Source: Candidatus Bathyarchaeota archaeon
Lineage (GTDB): Archaea > Thermoproteota > Bathyarchaeia > Bathyarchaeales > Bathycorpusculaceae
NCBI GenBank assembly: GCA_963768425.1
Contig: CAVYHV010000006.1
Coordinates: 192,001 to 256,000 of the forward strand
Reading direction: 5' to 3'
Length of the DNA: 64,000 bases
The position numbers and the translations under genes were made by a program. Below are positions 62,483-64,000 of this stretch, in pieces. The notes beneath the pieces are model-generated. The model was given only the letters and a program-made list of their open reading frames with translations, was not told where the DNA came from and did no database searches. Each line of letters opens with the position of its first letter. Within the stretch, counting starts at the first letter, position 1.

Positions 62483-62521
62483 GAACAGAAAACAAATGAT
62501 TAGCAAAAAATTGCTTTTTTC

Positions 62522-62830
62522 TTAGATGAGTTCAATTGTTACGTGGACTTCTTCTGGGACGCGGATACGCATGATTCTACGCATGACTCGTTCTTCGGAG
62601 TCTATGTCGATTAACCGCTTGTGAATACGCATTTCCCATTTGTCCCATGTTGCTGTTCCCTCACCTGACGGCGCTTTCAAAACTGGAACCCGAAGCCGTT
62701 TGGTAGGCAATGGGACTGGACCGTTGATTTTGACGCCTGTCTTTAGAGCGATGCTTCTGAGTTCTCCGCAGACCTCTTCAAGTTTGCTGTAATCTGTGCT
62801 TGTGAGGCGTATTCGTGCTTTTCTTACCAT
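62522..62830 (-). CDS. rps10: 30S ribosomal protein uS10
   Basis: [14 protein letters not shown] and [12 protein letters not shown] (archaeal type). Confidence 0.96.
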   Translation of the reverse strand: MVRKARIRLTSTDYSKLEEVCGELRSIALKTGVKINGPVPLPTKRLRVPVLKAPSGEGTATWDKWEMRIHKRLIDIDSEERVMRRIMRIRVPEEVHVTIELI

Positions 62831-63012
62831 TTTGGTCAATCAATCCATTATTTTTCTGTCTAATATATGTTGATGCCACCTAAGAGACTTAAATGGAACA
62901 TAAAAAGCTATCGACGCACAAAACCGAGGTTAAAGCGTCAATTTACAGCTTACCAAAATAAGCATTGTAGCTTAACGGAACGGCTGAAAATTAACTGCAA
63001 CAGCTTTTTTGT

Positions 63013-63237
63013 TTATTGCCGAGTTGTATCGCTTACTCTTTTTACGATTGCCGCTGTTTGTTCTGGCGTAAACCGTTCCTCTTGGCAAGATGGACATTTG
63101 AGCGCTTTTACTTTATGAAGTACGATGCCGTCTACTTCAAAATCAAATTCGACCTCAACGTATTCGATGCAGCAGACAGGACAAAGCAGCGCGCCAGCCT
63201 TGGTGCCAGCAGATTTTTTAGGCGAATTTTTTTCCAA
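63013..63237 (-). CDS. YgiT/MqsA-type zinc-finger protein
   Basis: CPVC...VKALKCPSCQEERFTPE. Confidence 0.65.
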   Translation of the reverse strand: MEKNSPKKSAGTKAGALLCPVCCIEYVEVEFDFEVDGIVLHKVKALKCPSCQEERFTPEQTAAIVKRVSDTTRQ

Positions 63238-63688
63238 GCTCTTCCGCCCAAGCCTCTACCTTAGTCAAATCAGTGTTGTCAACCATTGTTTTTCTGAAAT
63301 ACCTTATGCGGCCGCCGAAGGCTTCCGTGCTCACCGGGCTAATCGTGGAGAATTTGGCGAGGTTTTTTTCGACAAATCTAGCTTTTGCGTTTTCGTAGCT
63401 TCCAGGGGTGCCAGCCCAAGTGGAAGAGACAAAGAAAGCAACGTTTTTGCCGGTTAAGTCGTTTTCAAGGAACCTTAAGGCTTTGCCATAGACTCTGCCG
63501 CCTCTGACACCGCCGCCCACAACTATGTTTTGGTACTGCTTCAGATCTAGGATTTTTTGCTCTTTTAAGTCAACCAAATCGACTTCAATTTGATATCTGG
63601 AGCGTAGGACTTCCGCGATTTTGCGTGCTGCCTCTTCTGTAGCTCCGCCCTTGGTAACATAAGCGATGAGAGTTTTGCCTGACGCCAA
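63218..63688 (-). CDS. Flavodoxin-domain protein (HemG/Flavodoxin_5-like)
   Basis: LIAYVTKGGATEEAA and AFGGR motifs. Confidence 0.8.
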   Translation of the reverse strand: MASGKTLIAYVTKGGATEEAARKIAEVLRSRYQIEVDLVDLKEQKILDLKQYQNIVVGGGVRGGRVYGKALRFLENDLTGKNVAFFVSSTWAGTPGSYENAKARFVEKNLAKFSTISPVSTEAFGGRIRYFRKTMVDNTDLTKVEAWAEELGKKFA

Positions 63689-63690
63689 TT

Positions 63691-63999
63691 CTAAGCGCCG
63701 CCGCCATGCGACTCTTCAATCGGGGCAATCCTGGCTCCGCAGTTGTTGCAGAAAATGGCGCTTGAAGGATTTTTCGTATTGCATTTTGGGCAAGCGGTTG
63801 TTGGTTGCGCTACGGGTTTTTGCCGCAGGTCTTCTCTTGCTTTTTTGAGGGCTGCATGGGTTTCCCGAGCGGCAAGATTAAACGCACGTTCAAGCTCTGA
63901 TCCTACAGTGTAGAACGCGTCTGTCAACTGGTCGGTTGGGTAAACCGCGTGGGCTGATTTGCCTTTGAGCGTTTTGGTGCCGCATTTTGGGCAGAAATT
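63691..63999 (-). CDS. Double zinc-ribbon protein, partial (5' end beyond window)
   Basis: Open frame from the window end NFCPKCGTK...; C-terminal CPKC...FCNNCG. Confidence 0.7.
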   Translation of the reverse strand, partial: NFCPKCGTKTLKGKSAHAVYPTDQLTDAFYTVGSELERAFNLAARETHAALKKAREDLRQKPVAQPTTACPKCNTKNPSSAIFCNNCGARIAPIEESHGGGA

Positions 64000-64000
64000 G

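Overview
Archaeal chromosomal window. The archaeal-type uS10, frequent TTG/GTG starts and gene content suggest Bathyarchaeia (inference). Many genes carry 1-bp frameshifts, mostly at homopolymers, which probably reflect long-read consensus error. Roughly 6-48 kb is an accessory region containing: about a dozen toxin-antitoxin (TA) modules or relics; a Vsr + NgoPII-like + M.HaeIII-like restriction-modification (RM) system; an IS1182 inserted in an antitoxin gene; a capsid-less viral packaging module (ParB, ABC-ATPase/GNAT, TerS, TerL) with several decayed terL copies; a UvrD-nuclease fusion; a G1 glutamic peptidase; and glycogen genes. The standout is a four-gene RiPP-like cluster on the minus strand at 15.6-20.4 kb. 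It encodes an RRE-radical SAM/SPASM enzyme, a precursor with 3.4 identical DCPTPLCSSCGN cores between a helical leader and follower, a cobalamin-dependent radical SAM enzyme, and a class I methyltransferase whose N-terminus is a core-depleted copy of the precursor. The cluster is bracketed by a ~250-bp direct repeat. Also notable are a dispersed non-coding element (13-bp triplet, palindrome, and a 10-bp tandem array whose unit differs between copies) and a candidate -1 frameshift signal in the ABC-ATPase/GNAT gene. No rRNA, tRNA or CRISPR array was seen.
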